Part shown: positions 60,490-64,000 of the stretch, in pieces
Layout: every line of letters starts with the position of its first letter
Numbering within the stretch: position 1 is the stretch's first letter
From: Azolla caroliniana
Lineage: Eukaryota > Plantae > Polypodiophyta
Assembly (NCBI GenBank): GCA_043228905.1
Contig: JBHGNT010000012.1
Span: forward strand, 6,634,001 to 6,698,000
Length of the DNA: 64,000 nucleotides
Direction of reading: 5' to 3'
Notes under the pieces: model-generated
Seen by the model: the letters and a program-made list of their open reading frames with translations, nothing else
The model's database searches: none
What the model was told of the DNA's origin: nothing
Made by a program: the position numbers and the translations under genes

Positions 60490-62647
60490 ATGGAGTACTC
60501 AGAGCACGAACGCAGACGTAGCTCCCGCAACAGCAAAAAATCGACATTGCAGATTGAGAGCTACAACACAGAACCCGCTCGATCATCGTCCAGGTATGTT
60601 TCAGTTACAGAAACCCCAAACATTTGTTTTTTCTTTTTGACTACTGTCTGAACTTTGGTGCCGATTCATATTTCCCCAAAATCGAATAGGGCGAAGTCCT
60701 TGGAGTCCCAAACAAGGATGTCTCGCAAATCGGGGAGTAGCAACAGGTGTGTTTATATTACTTTTTTTGTGTTTAATCCTGTCTTTAGTGATGATTGGGG
60801 TTTCTGATTGAAATTTCTGATTAGGGTTTTTGTTTATAAATTTCTTATTAGAATTTCTTATTAGGGTTTGTGATTGAAATTTCTGATTAGGGTTTTTGAT
60901 TATAAATTTCTGATTAGAATTTCTGAATAGGGTTTCTGGTTACAAATTTTGATTACAAATTAGAATTTCTGAATAGGGTTTTTGTTTATAAATTTCTGCT
61001 TAGGATTTCTGATTAGGGTTTGTGATTGAAATTTTTGATTAGGGTTTCTGATTGAAATTTCTGATTATGGTTTTTGATTATAAATTTCTGATTAGAATTT
61101 CTGAATAAGGTTTCTGGTTACAAACTTCTGATTACAGATTTTGATTAGGGTTTCTGATTTCAAATTTTTGAATACAAATTATGATTAGGGTTTCTGATTT
61201 GCTAAGTTAAAGATTTTGCACCATTTTTGTTGTTGTTGATTGGGGTTTTTGATTCTCACATATTCTGATTTTGCACTATTTCTGATTTTTGAAATGATAT
61301 TTCAGATGGCTCGTTCCTCCGTATACGAGAGTGCTAAACTTCGCAAAATTTTGCGAGACAAAGGAGGACTTCCACAACACCTATGGTCTGTCACTCGAGG
61401 GTGTTGACCCTGCTGTCCTAAGTGATAAATTGATCAGTGATATAGACTGGATGACAGTATATACAGTGCCTAGAGTCAAAGGCAAGGTCAAGTTGAAGCA
61501 TGTACGAGCCGACTTGTACGATGACTGCATGAGACTGCACCAGAAAGTTCATCAGGAGATCCCAGTCAACAATGAGTTGTCAGTTTCATTTGCTAGAGCA
61601 TTTGCATATGAGTACTGCAAAACAACGAAGGAATCTAGAGACCCTGAAATGTATAGGGTAGCTTGGGCAGTTTATGGTGAGGCATCGGTAAAAAGATGCC
61701 GAAAGATGGGGACCTTGGCACAAAAAATAGACAGATTTTGGAGCATGGCAGCTGTTGATGCAACTGCCGACTCCCAGCAAGACCGGGGGCATACACCACA
61801 CCGACACCCAAGGAAAGCCAATGTCGATGATACAGGTGAGACATTGGTTAGCTATTTGCTAAAAAATGTCCATGAAGCCTGTGAGACATTGGCATTTTTT
61901 AAGACTGATTTAGAGAAAGCCACAATGGCTTCTGCAATGGAGAGCAAAGTTACTTCTGTTGTTACAACAATTAGAAATAAGATTCAGGTAACTATTGTTT
62001 TGCTGGTATGTGATTGTGTTATAAATAACGGGTAAAATGTCCTAATCAAGCATTATCTGGAATAGGTTGCGCAACAGGAGCTTGAATTAGAGGGGCCACT
62101 GGATCCCCAGCGTAAAATAGAACTGCAAATAGAGATCCAGGTTCTTTCAATGAACCTGGACCTTCTAGGTGTAAATACTGTTGCAGATTACAATTTGGAT
62201 AAGCTTCAAGTAAGTTAACGATTCCTGAGCAAAGTTGGTGTATCTTTCAACAACAAGAATAATTAATCGGTAAATTTCTCTGTTGCGTTGAAGGAACAAT
62301 ACATTCATCAAGAACAGGTAGTTAGCTGCCTTAAGAAGCAGCTACATTTTGTGGAGGGAATGGTAAGGACCAGACAGGATTTGGACCTAAACATTCTTGC
62401 TCCCTTACCAAATGAAGTAGAACCAGAAAATGATTTATTGACAGTTCAAGCACATTGCATCGCTTGCGGGTTAGGTGTGGAGGACAAAACTACGTCTTTG
62501 TTGGTTCACCTACAACCATGCAACCACACATACCATCTGCTTTGTTTTCAACATGCCTGTCGAATTGCTGCATTCTGTTTGGGAGATTGCAGTACAACTC
62601 TACCAAATGAGTGGAGAAAACTAACAGGTATACCATACTGTAGCTAA
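60490..62647 (+). CDS. Five-exon gene, ~446 aa: S/R-rich N-terminus, helical/coiled-coil middle, C-terminal RING-H2-like finger
   Basis: Exons 60490-60593, 60690-60746, 61306-61987, 62066-62209, 62294-62647. All introns are GT-AG with matching phases (2,2,0,0) and no stops. CIAC-x16-CNHTYHLLC-x10-CLGDC. Confidence 0.75.
60790..61290. repeat. ~13-bp minisatellite in intron 2 with TTAGGG motifs
   Basis: TTTCTGATTAGGG / TTTCTGATTAGAA / TTTCTGATTGAAA variants in tandem. Confidence 0.85.
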
Positions 62648-64000
62648 TAAGCTTAGTCTTTTCTAATTAGCTATCCTACTAGCTAATTAGCTACTGGCAG
62701 CTAATGAGCTACTAGCTAATTAGCTATCCTAGTAGCTAATTAGCTATGGTACTAGCTAATTAGCTAGTACCATAGTTGTGTAAAAAAGCTAAATAGCTAT
62801 CCTACTAGCTAATTAGCCACTGGCAACTAATTAGCTATCCTAGTAACTAAATAGCTACTGTCATAGTTGTGTAAAGTAGCTAATAAGCTATCCTAGTAGC
62901 TAATTAGCTATGGTACTAGCTAATTAGCTAGTACCATAGTTGTGTAAAAAAGCTAATTAGCTATCCTACTAGCTAATTAGCTACTGGCAACTAATTAGCT
63001 ATCCTACTAGCGAATTAGCTATCCTAGTAGCTAATTAGCTACTGGCAACTAATTAGCTATCCTACTAGCTAATTAGCTATCATAGTAGCTAATTAGCTAC
63101 TGACATAGTTGTGTAAAGTAGCTAATAAGCTATCCTAGTAGCTAATTAGCTACTGGCAGCTAATTAGCTATTCTAGTAGCTAATTAGTTACTAGCAGCTA
63201 ATTAGCTGTCCTAGTAGCTAATAAGCTATCCTAGCTACTACATAGTTGAGAAAGTAGCTAATTAGCTTTCATTGTAGCTAATTAGCTATCCTAGCTACCA
63301 CCATAGTTAGTAAAGTAGCTAATTAGCTATCCTAGCTACTACCATAGTTAGTAAAGTAGCTAATTAGATATCCTATCTACTACCATAGTTGAGTAAAGTA
63401 GCTAATTAGCTATCCTAGCTACTACCATAGTTGAGTAAAGTAGCTAATTAGCTACCATAGTAGCTAATTAGCTATCCTAGCTACCACCATAGTTGTGTAA
63501 AGTAGCTAATAAGCTATCCTACTAGCTAATTAGCTATCCTAGTAGCTAATTAGCTATGGTACTAGCTAATTAGCTAGTACCATAGTTGTTTAAAAAAGCT
63601 AATTAGCTATCCTACTAGCTAATTAGCCACTGGCAACTAATTAGCTATCCTAGTAACTAATTAGCTACTGCCATAGTTGTGTAAAGTAGCTAATAAGCTA
63701 TCCTAGTAGCTAATTAGCTACTAGCAGCTAATTAGCTATCCTAGTAGCTAATTAGCTATCCTAGTAGCTAATTAGCTAGTACCATAGTTGTGTAAAAAAG
63801 CTAATTAGCTATCCTACTAGCTAATTAGCTACTGGCAACTAATTAGCTATCCTAGTAGCTAATTAGCTATCCTACTAGCTAATTAGCTGCTGGCAACTAA
63901 TTAGCTATCCTACTAGCGAATTAGCTATCCTAGTAGCTAATTAGCTACTGGCAACTAATTAGCTATCCTACTAGCTAATTAGCTATCATAGTAGCTAATT
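62641..64000. repeat. Array of palindromic TAGCTAATTAGCTA units (~20-bp period, higher-order blocks)
   Basis: Dozens of copies separated by TCCTAC/TCCTAG/CTGGC and CATAGTTGTGTAAA spacers. Confidence 0.95.

Larger units (their letters stand above)
60262..64000. mobile_element. Putative CACTA DNA transposon (left end; right end outside window)
   Basis: Retrotransposon sequence ends shortly before CACTATTATAG, followed at once by TAGCTAATTAGCTA repeats that recur massively from 62641. No transposase seen. Confidence 0.6.

Noticed and set aside
60790-61290. Telomere or interstitial telomeric tract
   Set aside because: TTAGGG is isolated within 13-bp units, not in tandem.
61306-61407. ATG at 61306 as the gene start
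   Set aside because: That frame stops after 33 codons; phase-2 splicing from upstream exons explains the long frame.

Overview
Eukaryotic, almost certainly plant, heterochromatin-like window. The retrotransposon mix suggests a non-seed plant (inference). About 94% is a stack of nested LTR retrotransposons, most resolved by paired LTRs and target-site duplications. Nest 1: Copia host (2830-26394) > chromovirus A (3383-25950) > Copia B (5063-23017) > {solo LTR, chromovirus at 7302, tRNA-Trp-primed Gypsy at 13340}. A second Trp-primed Gypsy (26395-40617) holds a very young chromovirus (28545-35650) and a truncated LINE. Nest 2: Copia C > Copia D > Copia E > chromovirus at 46593. The last 3.7 kb starts with CACTA and holds a five-exon coiled-coil/RING gene between arrays of the palindrome TAGCTAATTAGCTA. 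The main signals are: (1) antisense tRNA-like A/B-box cassettes in the U3 of two unrelated Gypsy lineages; (2) Tf1-type self-priming with a compensatory base change; (3) two kinds of -1 frameshift signal, one placed after a protease with a D-H-G motif; (4) a covarying hairpin before the PPT; (5) the transposon-borne RING gene. All alignments were made by eye and no databases were searched.
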